Origin: Leptospirales bacterium
GTDB lineage: Bacteria > Spirochaetota > Leptospiria > Turneriellales > JAOUFE01
Assembly: GCA_040326155.1 (NCBI GenBank)
Contig: JBEQLE010000066.1
Coordinates: 1-24,299, forward strand
Reading direction: 5' to 3'
Length of the DNA: 24,299 nucleotides
Numbering within the stretch: the first letter of the stretch is position 1; the number at the start of each line of letters is the position of its first letter. Positions 1-8,361 of this stretch are shown piece after piece. The notes under the pieces were generated by a model that ran no database searches, had not been told where the DNA came from, and was given only the letters and a program-made list of their open reading frames with translations. Position numbers and translations under genes: made by a program.

Positions 1-39
1 CTAAAGCATTTATTTTAAAGGTACTCTCGTAAAAAGAAT

Positions 40-1056
40 TTGATAGACCAAGCCCAAACCGTGATCGACAACTCTGATAAATGGAGACAAAACCAAGAAA
101 AAAAACTTCTGGGAATATTTCAAAAAAGAGTCGGGACTACCTCGGCGCAAGAAATTGCCGGCGATAAAACTGGCGAAAAAGCGGCCTTGATGGAAGAGGC
201 CTTTTCTATGCAGCGAAAACTGTTGCGTGAAGAGTATCTACCGTTTTGGAACACAGCCACAAATCAATTAAAATACCTAGTAGATGCCACCAGCACTGAG
301 TTTGCCTTAGGCGCCATGAATCGAGAGATGGAAAAGTTGCGCGAAAAAGACACCACTCTTTCCGAGTTGGCACAGTTAGGTTTAGTGGTAGAAACGGTAA
401 GTCATGAGTATCACTCTATGTTTAACAATGCCGCAAAAATATTTCAAAAAATCCACAAAAGCGCCGAACATTTGCCAGAACAATTCAACACTGAATTATA
501 TCACTTGGAGAAGATCTTTCACAGTATTGATGAAAGACTTCGTTTTCTCGAACCTCTATATCGTAGAAAAAGAGGTGGTATTGGAAATATAAACGGTATG
601 GAAATACGAAACTTTATTGAAAATAGTTTCGATGAGGAGTTTCGCGGCAATATCACAATCTCTTATACTAAAAAATTTCTCAATACAGTATTGCCGAAAG
701 TAAAAATTCCGGTAGTATATGCGGCAATATTTAACATTGTGAATAACGCTCTTTATTGGATTCAAAAAACATCGGAAAAACCGGAGATACGATTGAGTTA
801 TTACCCCCATGGATTTGTCATTTCAGATACCGGGTCGGGTGTTTCTGAGCGTGACCGAACAAATATATTTGAGCCATTTTTCAGTAGAAAAGAACAAGGC
901 CGGGGCCTTGGCTTATATATTGTAAAAACGACTCTGGAGTCGGCCGATATGAATATATTTTTGGCCGAAGAACCCGAAACCGGCGCTTTACCCGGAGCAA
1001 ACTTTATAGTAAAAAAACCCGACCTCCCTGAGGAAGATAATGGCAACGACGTTTGA
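40..1056 (+). CDS. Cytoplasmic histidine kinase (H-box + HATPase_c) of the type associated with DNA methyltransferase loci; true start uncertain
   Basis: H-box LGLVVETVSHEY (His122), N-box IFNIVNNALYW, G1 ISDTGSG, F-box IFEPFFS, G2 GRGLGL. No transmembrane segment. Overlaps the next gene. Confidence 0.85.
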   Translation: MIDQAQTVIDNSDKWRQNQEKKLLGIFQKRVGTTSAQEIAGDKTGEKAALMEEAFSMQRKLLREEYLPFWNTATNQLKYLVDATSTEFALGAMNREMEKLREKDTTLSELAQLGLVVETVSHEYHSMFNNAAKIFQKIHKSAEHLPEQFNTELYHLEKIFHSIDERLRFLEPLYRRKRGGIGNINGMEIRNFIENSFDEEFRGNITISYTKKFLNTVLPKVKIPVVYAAIFNIVNNALYWIQKTSEKPEIRLSYYPHGFVISDTGSGVSERDRTNIFEPFFSRKEQGRGLGLYIVKTTLESADMNIFLAEEPETGALPGANFIVKKPDLPEEDNGNDV

Positions 1057-2581
1057 AGAACAAACTAGAAAAATTGCAAAAGAGTATTGTCGCAATATTG
1101 TAGTTATTGATGATAAAATATTTTATGATAGTGATGATAAACCAAAACAACCATACAATGACGCTTACCAGGCATTTTATGAAAGTTGCAATGAAGAGGG
1201 AATAGCTTGTCATTTTTATCATTATAGAGATTCGGACGATGCACTTGAAAATGCAAAAAAACTTGCTTCAAGGGCAGATGTACTGATACTAGACTGGTAT
1301 CTATCGCCTATTTTAAAACAGGAAACAGCCATTGCAATCATAGAAGATATTATAAGAAATGAAACCGTCGGCCAATCTATACGTTTTATTTTAATTTATA
1401 CCGACCAAACAATCCCTAAAGTATGCGACGACATTCAAAAAACATTTTCAGACTTGATAAGTATTTCAGAAAATAATATTTCTCTTGAAAAGAAACCTCA
1501 TACAACAGATAAGCAAGAAGACGAAAAACCGACAATCATCACAGGACCAAGTGGTGATCTGAAACAAATAAATGGGAATGATCCCATTTATTTAGGAAAT
1601 GGCAAACTCTTTATCGGTATTCATCATAAAAAACCCGATGACCCGGTTCTAGACGGAAAAAAACTAATCATAATTATTTATGATTTATTGAGTTCAACAT
1701 ACAGTGATTATCTTCATTGGGCTGGGCTTGAACTGTCCGTCAGGATTCGAGATTTAATGCCCCAATTACTTGCTTCTTTGCCCGAAGGTACAAACGGACC
1801 TATATTATACCAGAGTATTTTTCAAGATGGTGAAAGTGAAATTTCTGATCAAATCGTTGAGGTTATTTTAGATGAGCTGAAAATGCAATTCAGTATGAAT
1901 CCCATACAAGCACTGCAACGAGGTTTTTTTGATGAGTTTATAAAAGAAAAATTATTGGATACTAAAATTATCACTCAAGACATTTTGCTCGACAAACCAA
2001 ATCTAAGAAAGAAACTTATAAAGATCTCTGATAATATAAAAAATGGCAAAAAGCTTGAAGATATACAACAGATAAACTCACAAATAAATGGATTTATGGA
2101 CATTGAAAACCATCGATCCTGGGCTATGCTCAGAGAGTCACTTATTTTCAACGTTAAGAATTCCAATAATACAATTCGGACCGGTTTTATCTATAGGGGA
2201 ACAAATTTTACTATAAAAATAGAAAAAATTATTGAAGGCAAAAAAGATAACATTGAGGTATCATACGACTATTTATTGTGCCTTTCACCTGCATGTGACT
2301 GTTATCGACCTGAAAATAAGAAATTAATTTTCATACGCGGCACAGAAAATACTCAAATAGGTCCTGCCCCCACAATAACCCAATATGAAAGTAATGAAAA
2401 ATCTATTCAATGGGATACCAGGTTTATTGAGTCTCTTAGTATTGATGAATTAAACGATTGTAAACTCTTCGGCGCCCTCCGAAAAGATTTCGTAAACCGC
2501 ATAATACAACGAGTTTGGAACCACCAAACCCGAGTTGGAGTTGACAGTTCAGAGCTTTTGCGAAGAATACGCAAAGAATGA
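1040..2581 (+). CDS. Long response-regulator receiver-domain protein (Response_reg_2-like) with an uncharacterised C-terminal region
   Basis: IVVIDD acidic pocket, ADVLILDW (Asp85 phospho-acceptor), FILIYT strand, C-terminal LCLSPACDC motif. GAGGAAG Shine-Dalgarno at ~1030-1036. No HTH output domain recognised. Confidence 0.8.
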   Translation: MATTFEEQTRKIAKEYCRNIVVIDDKIFYDSDDKPKQPYNDAYQAFYESCNEEGIACHFYHYRDSDDALENAKKLASRADVLILDWYLSPILKQETAIAIIEDIIRNETVGQSIRFILIYTDQTIPKVCDDIQKTFSDLISISENNISLEKKPHTTDKQEDEKPTIITGPSGDLKQINGNDPIYLGNGKLFIGIHHKKPDDPVLDGKKLIIIIYDLLSSTYSDYLHWAGLELSVRIRDLMPQLLASLPEGTNGPILYQSIFQDGESEISDQIVEVILDELKMQFSMNPIQALQRGFFDEFIKEKLLDTKIITQDILLDKPNLRKKLIKISDNIKNGKKLEDIQQINSQINGFMDIENHRSWAMLRESLIFNVKNSNNTIRTGFIYRGTNFTIKIEKIIEGKKDNIEVSYDYLLCLSPACDCYRPENKKLIFIRGTENTQIGPAPTITQYESNEKSIQWDTRFIESLSIDELNDCKLFGALRKDFVNRIIQRVWNHQTRVGVDSSELLRRIRKE

Positions 2582-3666
2582 AACTCAAAGCCTTCGATAT
2601 ATTCAGCGGTTGCGGCGGCCTGAGCCGGGGATTACACGACGCGGGTTTTGATGTTCTTGGCGGTGTTGAAATCTTGCCTCATGCCAGAGAGACCTACTTT
2701 TTAAATCATCCGGGCAGCGTATTGTTTTCGGACGTTCGCAATATTCAATCAAAAGATTTACTTGACCAACTTCAAATTGAGCGCGGCGAGCTCGACCTAC
2801 TTGCCGGTTGCCCCCCATGCCAGGGATTTTCAACAATGCGTACAAAAAACCGAGCTGCGCCGGCAGAGGACGAACGCAACGAGTTGATCTTTGATTTTAT
2901 TCGCATGGTCGATTTTCTTTTACCAAAAACAGTAATGGTAGAAAATGTTCCGGGACTACTGAAAGACTGGCGCCTGGCCAAGGCCAAACAACACCTGAAA
3001 GATCTTGGGTATTATTGCAAAGCCGGAGTATTAGACGCGCAAAAATTTGGCGTACCACAACGCCGAAAACGAATGATCTTAATGGCTTCCCGGTTCGGAG
3101 AAATTGAACTGCCCGAAGGCAACGAGCAACAATCCAAAACGGTGAAACAAACTATCGGAAATTTAACACCCCCGGAAAAATCTAAAGTGTACCTACAGCA
3201 ATATCGAAAAAAACATACACAGGTTGTGAAAGACCGAATTAAAAGAATACCAAAAGACGGTGGCAGTCGTAGCGCACTTGGCGACGACCAGCTGGCTTGT
3301 CATAAAAGAATCAACGGCTTCAAAGATGTCTATGGACGGATGGCCTGGGACAAAGTCGCGCCAACTATAACTCGTTTTTGCAACAACCCTTCTAAAGGTC
3401 GTTTTTTGCACCCGGAGCAAGATCGCGCGATCACGCTACTGGAGGCGGCTTTGCTTCAGACTTTTCCAAAAAAATATAAATTTTCTTCTACTTTAAATGA
3501 CTCACAAATTGCCGGGATGATCGGCGAAGCGCTCCCACCGTTGTTTGCTAAAAAACAGGCTCTTCATATTAAAAAGCATATTATCCAAACTACAGTTTCA
3601 CAAAATAATAATATTGACAAAACAAAACGATGCAAGAATATCAGTCAAATAACAGGTGACGGATGA
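2578..3666 (+). CDS. dcm: DNA (cytosine-5)-methyltransferase
   Basis: Motif I FSGCGG, motif IV GCPPCQGFS (catalytic Cys), motif VI ENVPG, motif VIII PQRRKR, motif IX EAALLQTFP, motif X variant GEALPP. ATGA overlap with the upstream gene. Confidence 0.95.
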   Translation: MKLKAFDIFSGCGGLSRGLHDAGFDVLGGVEILPHARETYFLNHPGSVLFSDVRNIQSKDLLDQLQIERGELDLLAGCPPCQGFSTMRTKNRAAPAEDERNELIFDFIRMVDFLLPKTVMVENVPGLLKDWRLAKAKQHLKDLGYYCKAGVLDAQKFGVPQRRKRMILMASRFGEIELPEGNEQQSKTVKQTIGNLTPPEKSKVYLQQYRKKHTQVVKDRIKRIPKDGGSRSALGDDQLACHKRINGFKDVYGRMAWDKVAPTITRFCNNPSKGRFLHPEQDRAITLLEAALLQTFPKKYKFSSTLNDSQIAGMIGEALPPLFAKKQALHIKKHIIQTTVSQNNNIDKTKRCKNISQITGDG

Positions 3667-5033
3667 AGCATATTAAATTCTCGTATAAATTATTGATATT
3701 ATTTGTAATAGCATTTTACTTTACATGTGAATCGACACAGGTAAAAGTAAATAGCGGCGACAATAAAGCGCGTGGGTATGTTACCAACGCAAAAGGAACG
3801 CTTTATATCGAAGGCGCAGTCATAGAATCCGGCGGTCAAAAAATAATCACGCAAGAGGACGGTTTTTTTGAATTTAGCGGTTTGGAAAATGAGCGCGCCG
3901 TGTTTCAACTGTCAAAAACAGGGTATCGCGATGCGGTCAAAGTCGTCACATTAAACGCCAAATCTGAAAATATAATTTTAAAAATGGAGCGAGTTCTTGG
4001 AACTCAAAACATTGAATCATCTAAATCTTTTCAAGTATCCAGCAAAAATGCTGACGTTGTCATCCCGAAAGATACCTTTGTCAACTCAAAAGGGGAAAGC
4101 GTCGAGACGTACAACCTCGATATAGAAGTCATCGCAGCGAACCCGGATGATATGGAAAAAATGCCCGGTGAAATGAGAGGAAATGCAACAGACGGAGAAA
4201 CCGTAGCGCTCGAGAGTTTCGGGGCTATTTATCTAAAGGCGCATTCAAAAGGAGAAGAACTTACTATAAAAGATGGGAAAGCCGCGAGCATTACTTTTAT
4301 ATTAGATGAGGACATACCCTATGAAACTATACCGATGTGGAGCATGGATGAAAAAACCGGAATCTGGAAAGAAGAGGGTGTCGGCACAGTTCAAAAAATC
4401 AAAGCCAATGGAAAAATCCAAAGTCAAATTACATTTGAAGCCCCGCATTTAAGTTATTGGAACGCAGACGTACCTATAACAAACACAGCAATCCTTATAA
4501 AAGAAATTAAAATATCGAATGAAATGATTAATTTGAACGACGGTTATCTGATTTTAGAAGCAAAAGGAATGACGTACAATGGATTGTCTTATGCTCAAGA
4601 GATAACGATGAATGCTCAAAATGTTTACTGCCTGGATGTAAAAGTCGGGGAGAAAATCAATATAATGGCTCGGTTGCTTACCAGAAATAAGGATTATTTT
4701 ATAACTTATAATAACTCATTGGCGTTGAATTCCAGCAAGCGCAGTTCAACCTGTAGGGGAATCAGGTCAGGAAAAGATCAACCGGGAATCGTAATTGAAT
4801 CGATTACTCTGAATGAACAAAAAAAAGTTAAATCCAGGAAGAAGTTAAGTACGAAACAGGAACTGGATCTACTTCGGATAAAATATGGGCAATTGACTAA
4901 AGTAATCACGAAAGATGGACAGTTTTATATTGGCGCATTTCGCCAAAAAAGTGGTCATATGATTATTACCGTTGCCGGTGATGAAGAAATTGTTATTCCG
5001 TCTTCTTCAGTCGCAAAAGTAGAACCGTATTGA
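3663..5033 (+). CDS. Putative lipoprotein with a carboxypeptidase-regulatory-like beta-sandwich, a central HLSYWNAD-containing domain and a small C-terminal beta domain
   Basis: Signal peptide with spirochaete-type lipobox FYFT-C. The GYVTNAKG..IEGAVI..TQEDGFFEFSGL..LSKTGY pattern fits CarboxypepD_reg-like domains. ATGA overlap with dcm. Confidence 0.65.
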   Translation: MKHIKFSYKLLILFVIAFYFTCESTQVKVNSGDNKARGYVTNAKGTLYIEGAVIESGGQKIITQEDGFFEFSGLENERAVFQLSKTGYRDAVKVVTLNAKSENIILKMERVLGTQNIESSKSFQVSSKNADVVIPKDTFVNSKGESVETYNLDIEVIAANPDDMEKMPGEMRGNATDGETVALESFGAIYLKAHSKGEELTIKDGKAASITFILDEDIPYETIPMWSMDEKTGIWKEEGVGTVQKIKANGKIQSQITFEAPHLSYWNADVPITNTAILIKEIKISNEMINLNDGYLILEAKGMTYNGLSYAQEITMNAQNVYCLDVKVGEKINIMARLLTRNKDYFITYNNSLALNSSKRSSTCRGIRSGKDQPGIVIESITLNEQKKVKSRKKLSTKQELDLLRIKYGQLTKVITKDGQFYIGAFRQKSGHMIITVAGDEEIVIPSSSVAKVEPY

Positions 5034-5331
5034 GTTTTATTAGAGCATTTTTTGTTTTTTCGAGGCTCTTTTTCTTGGCGGTTAGTTTGTTGTAATCGTT
5101 GGTTTTGTCGGTTTTGTTAATTACGATACTTTTTAAATTTCCAATTCCAGAAAGTTCTTTTACTGTTTTATCGAAATTTTCAGGCGGAATACCGATGGCC
5201 ATAATCGATATTCCTTTCATAATTTTCGCTTTAATGTTACTTTGCATACTGTATTTCCCCGTTTTTTCATTGTAAAAGTTATAAATCATCTGTAAAGCAG
5301 AAATCGATCTTCCCGTTTTACCCATATTCAT
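4993..5331 (-). pseudogene. Truncated DUF4349-like gene remnant; recognisable part ~5034-5205
   Basis: AIGIPPENFDKTVKELSGIGNLKSIVINKTDKTNDYNKLTAKKKSLEKT matches my recollection of the DUF4349 core. It lacks the C-terminal coiled coil and TM segment and runs into the convergent gene. Confidence 0.55.
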
Positions 5332-5425
5332 ATTCAGAAGACATTTTAAATTTATATTGCATTTTTATGCTTGCTTTTCTATTTGTATATCTTAATTTTG
5401 CTCAAAACCGTTATGAAGATAAAAT

Positions 5426-6328
5426 ATGCCAAATCACTATAAAATAAGTCCTACTGCATGGGTTGCCGCAATGATGCGGGCCGATTACACTGAAATCCCA
5501 TTTACGAAAGAAATTGGAAAAGCAATGTCCCGGTTCCATACGCCTTTTAGTGCGACTATATTATATGGATTATTAAATTTTTTTATAAAAAAACGCCCTC
5601 AAAAAATGCTTGTTGTAACCACAGCCGAGGGACGGTATCTCAGTACCGAATCTGCTTTACCTGCCGACGGAAACTTTGTTCTGCTTGAACTCGGAGCGGG
5701 GCTTTCACCAAGAGGCCTTAACCATGCAGCGAACAAGACCCTTGTTATTGAATCCGATTTGCCCGAAGTTATGTCTTACAAAGAACCTTTGCTCGATGCC
5801 ATTTATAGCGATATAAATAAGTCGGGGAAAAGACCATCCAACCATATACTTATGAATATCGATGTATTGCAACGTGAAGACCTATCAGCAGCAGGTGAAA
5901 TTTATAAAAAACAAGGAAAAAAGAAACCTCTTTACATCGTTAACGAGGGAGTCAGTGTATATTTTACCAACGAAGAAAAAGATATTTTTCGCGACAACAT
6001 CGCCTGGTTTTTACAAACATATGCTCCCGGTCGTGGTGTCTGGCTATGCACAGATCTAATACCCTTTGAGGAAAAAGCGCAATCGGGTCCGATACGAATG
6101 ATCAGTAAATTACTGGAAAAATTCACTAAGCGAAAAATTGAACATTTTAAAAGTCATGAAGATACGCGTAACTACCTCGCTAAATCGAACTTAAAAGGTG
6201 TACCCGTATCAAGCAAAGGGCTGATCGCCCAGCTAACCTGTCTTGAAAAAATGGGCCTTACTGCAGATGATGTTAAAGGTGTAAGCGACCAGTATGTTCC
6301 TTACCGTGTAGAGTCGAGTAAACGTTGA
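5426..6328 (+). CDS. Class I SAM-dependent methyltransferase, leucine-carboxyl-methyltransferase (LCM)-like
   Basis: ISPTAW N-terminus, LLELGAGLSPRG motif I, IESDLPEV, IVNEGVSVYF. Confidence 0.8.
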   Translation: MPNHYKISPTAWVAAMMRADYTEIPFTKEIGKAMSRFHTPFSATILYGLLNFFIKKRPQKMLVVTTAEGRYLSTESALPADGNFVLLELGAGLSPRGLNHAANKTLVIESDLPEVMSYKEPLLDAIYSDINKSGKRPSNHILMNIDVLQREDLSAAGEIYKKQGKKKPLYIVNEGVSVYFTNEEKDIFRDNIAWFLQTYAPGRGVWLCTDLIPFEEKAQSGPIRMISKLLEKFTKRKIEHFKSHEDTRNYLAKSNLKGVPVSSKGLIAQLTCLEKMGLTADDVKGVSDQYVPYRVESSKR

Positions 6329-6426
6329 CTCTACCATGGCCATTGGCTGCCACTACATTACTAAATAATATGATCCTTTCCTAAATTCTCTGCTTATAAA
6401 AAATGAACCCAGAACACGAAAATCTA

Positions 6427-6454
6427 TTTACATAGAAAGCCCTTCTTATACAAT
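6427..6454 (+). promoter_or_regulatory. Putative sigma70 promoter for a probably leaderless transcript
   Basis: TTTACA (6427-6432)-N16-TACAAT (6449-6454). The ATG is at 6461 with no Shine-Dalgarno in between. Confidence 0.45.
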
Positions 6455-6460
6455 CGTGTT

Positions 6461-7264
6461 ATGAAACGTCGATTATTTATATTTCTTTTTGCATTTTTAA
6501 TCGTTCTGCTTAGTCTGGGAACAACATGGTTTGAAGAAGACGCAACCGATCCTGTAAGTGGGGAACAGATTAGCGTACGGAATATCGGCAGTTATGGCTC
6601 CTACATCTATCAATGGGATTCCAAATACGACCTTATATACTGGCCCTTTACAAATAAAAACTGGATATGGTTTAATCCCAAAAGCGGGTACGGTTCTTTT
6701 GCGCATAACTTTTCCACCTTGAAGCCAAAAGAAATTATAACCATTCGAAAATGGTTACAAAATAATTACGACCCTGCAAAGCCCCCTGCCACACATACAG
6801 AACTTTTAGAGTGGATTGGAAAAATTTATGAAATTCGTGAAATGAGTGATGACCACTGGAATTACTATTACAGACTAATGGCATATATGTATCGAGAAGA
6901 CCCTGTAAAAAGCATTGAATATGTAAACAAGGCTTTGCCTCTTATTGAAAAAAAGTACGAGACAAAACTAAGTGAAAAAGGTTTGCTGGAAGTTTTATAC
7001 CTTCTCGGAGAATACAATCGAAGGCTAGGCAATATCGAACAAGCAAAAATATTTTTTGAGAAAGTAAAAACCCAGACCTACAAAGAAGAAGATGGAACGG
7101 AAACAACAGGACATCCGTACTTTCTGGAACTGATAGAAAATCGGGAACAACTTATGCAAAAAACTATACAAACAAATACACCTGAAGATGAAAACCAGAC
7201 ACAAACCAATGACGAGCCAGATAAACCTGAAAAAGAGAAACGAAACAAAAAAGGATCAAAATGA
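6461..7264 (+). CDS. Secreted DUF2225-like / TPR-containing protein lacking the Zn-ligand cysteines
   Basis: Signal peptide MKRRLFIFLFAFLIVLLSLG. DPVSG and NPKSGY occupy CxxCG-like positions. C-terminal YLLGEYNRRLG..A..FF motif and a charged low-complexity tail. Confidence 0.6.
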   Translation: MKRRLFIFLFAFLIVLLSLGTTWFEEDATDPVSGEQISVRNIGSYGSYIYQWDSKYDLIYWPFTNKNWIWFNPKSGYGSFAHNFSTLKPKEIITIRKWLQNNYDPAKPPATHTELLEWIGKIYEIREMSDDHWNYYYRLMAYMYREDPVKSIEYVNKALPLIEKKYETKLSEKGLLEVLYLLGEYNRRLGNIEQAKIFFEKVKTQTYKEEDGTETTGHPYFLELIENREQLMQKTIQTNTPEDENQTQTNDEPDKPEKEKRNKKGSK

Positions 7265-7497
7265 AAAAATCTTTCATACTGATTTTACCCATTTGCCTTA
7301 TAGCGTTTAGTACCATTCAATGCAAAAAAGGCGATTACGGGTTTAGTTCCACTGATACATCGGACACCATAAGGTTCACAGCCGACGACCAGGAAATGAA
7401 TAAAGCTATTGAGCAAGCAAGAACATCGGTAGATCAACTGACACAGATGTCGCCGAAAGAAGCCGCCGAAGTAAAAGAGATTATGGGCTGGGACTAA
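7261..7497 (+). CDS. Short lipoprotein; probable internally deleted DUF2314/YegJ-like gene
   Basis: Lipobox FSTIQ-C. DDQEMNKAIEQAR resembles the YegJ N-terminal helix and is joined directly to a MSPKEAAE C-terminal-like helix. 4-nt overlap with the upstream ORF as given in the ORF track. Confidence 0.5.
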   Translation: MKKSFILILPICLIAFSTIQCKKGDYGFSSTDTSDTIRFTADDQEMNKAIEQARTSVDQLTQMSPKEAAEVKEIMGWD

Positions 7498-7570
7498 ACA
7501 GATATTTTGATATTCGATCATAGATGCCGTTGTAGAAACGATTTTGTATATTAATACAACGACGAAGACT

Positions 7571-8356
7571 ATGATTCAGAAACCAAACATAACCATTTAC
7601 CAGAGAGGTGTAAAACCATTACCAGGGCCTATGGAACCTGAATTTACATACCTGCTTTCCTTGAGCGATACTTCACAAACGGTTATTCTTCCTGAATATT
7701 TCTCCATCCACCAGGAGTTATCGGGTATAGACGAAATTATCAACTATTCGAAACAGACACTGGAGTGGCTCACCGCTTTGTCCGCTCACCGTAGAGCGCA
7801 AGATACACTAATTGTGGGCGGTACTCTACTTCACAGAAATGTGGATAATACACTTTCAAATGTGGCCCCCATTTTATTCAACGGAGAGCTGGTTTACTCC
7901 TATGAAAAAAGAAAACTCTTTGGTAAAGAAGCTTCAAAATTACGACCCGGCGTTGACCCTGGAATTTTTACCCACCCAGCCACCAAAGACCCCTGGGGTT
8001 TTTTAATTTGCGCCGACGTAAAAATACCCAATGTTTTTACCCAATATCAAAAACAAAAATTTCTGGCGATTCCGACCGCCTCTCCCTACCTGCCCGAAGA
8101 CACTCCCGAACAACGCGACAAACGCGACTATAATATATATGTCAAAGGAGCTGAAATTTCCGGATCAACTATTTTTAAATGCTGCTCTACGGGTACCGTT
8201 GCCACCGGCGGTCCAATTTCCTCTGTTCAGGGGCGCTCGCTTATTGCTTCTGGACATAAAGTCCTGGCCTTAGCGCCCGAGATCGACTGGCAAGGCGCTT
8301 TATGCTTTGACACTGAAAATAAAACAGCCGAGTATCGACCTTATAACAATGACTGA
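7571..8356 (+). CDS. Carbon-nitrogen hydrolase (nitrilase superfamily) protein
   Basis: Catalytic triad contexts ILPEYF (Glu), YEKRKLF (Lys), LICAD (Cys); GRSLI near the C-terminus. ATG 7571 preferred over TTG 7544. Confidence 0.85.
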   Translation: MIQKPNITIYQRGVKPLPGPMEPEFTYLLSLSDTSQTVILPEYFSIHQELSGIDEIINYSKQTLEWLTALSAHRRAQDTLIVGGTLLHRNVDNTLSNVAPILFNGELVYSYEKRKLFGKEASKLRPGVDPGIFTHPATKDPWGFLICADVKIPNVFTQYQKQKFLAIPTASPYLPEDTPEQRDKRDYNIYVKGAEISGSTIFKCCSTGTVATGGPISSVQGRSLIASGHKVLALAPEIDWQGALCFDTENKTAEYRPYNND

Positions 8357-8361
8357 CATTA

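Noticed and set aside
7529..7561. CGTTGTA...TACAACG inverted repeat upstream of the nitrilase gene
   Set aside because: Only a 7-bp stem with a long loop; not distinguishable from chance.
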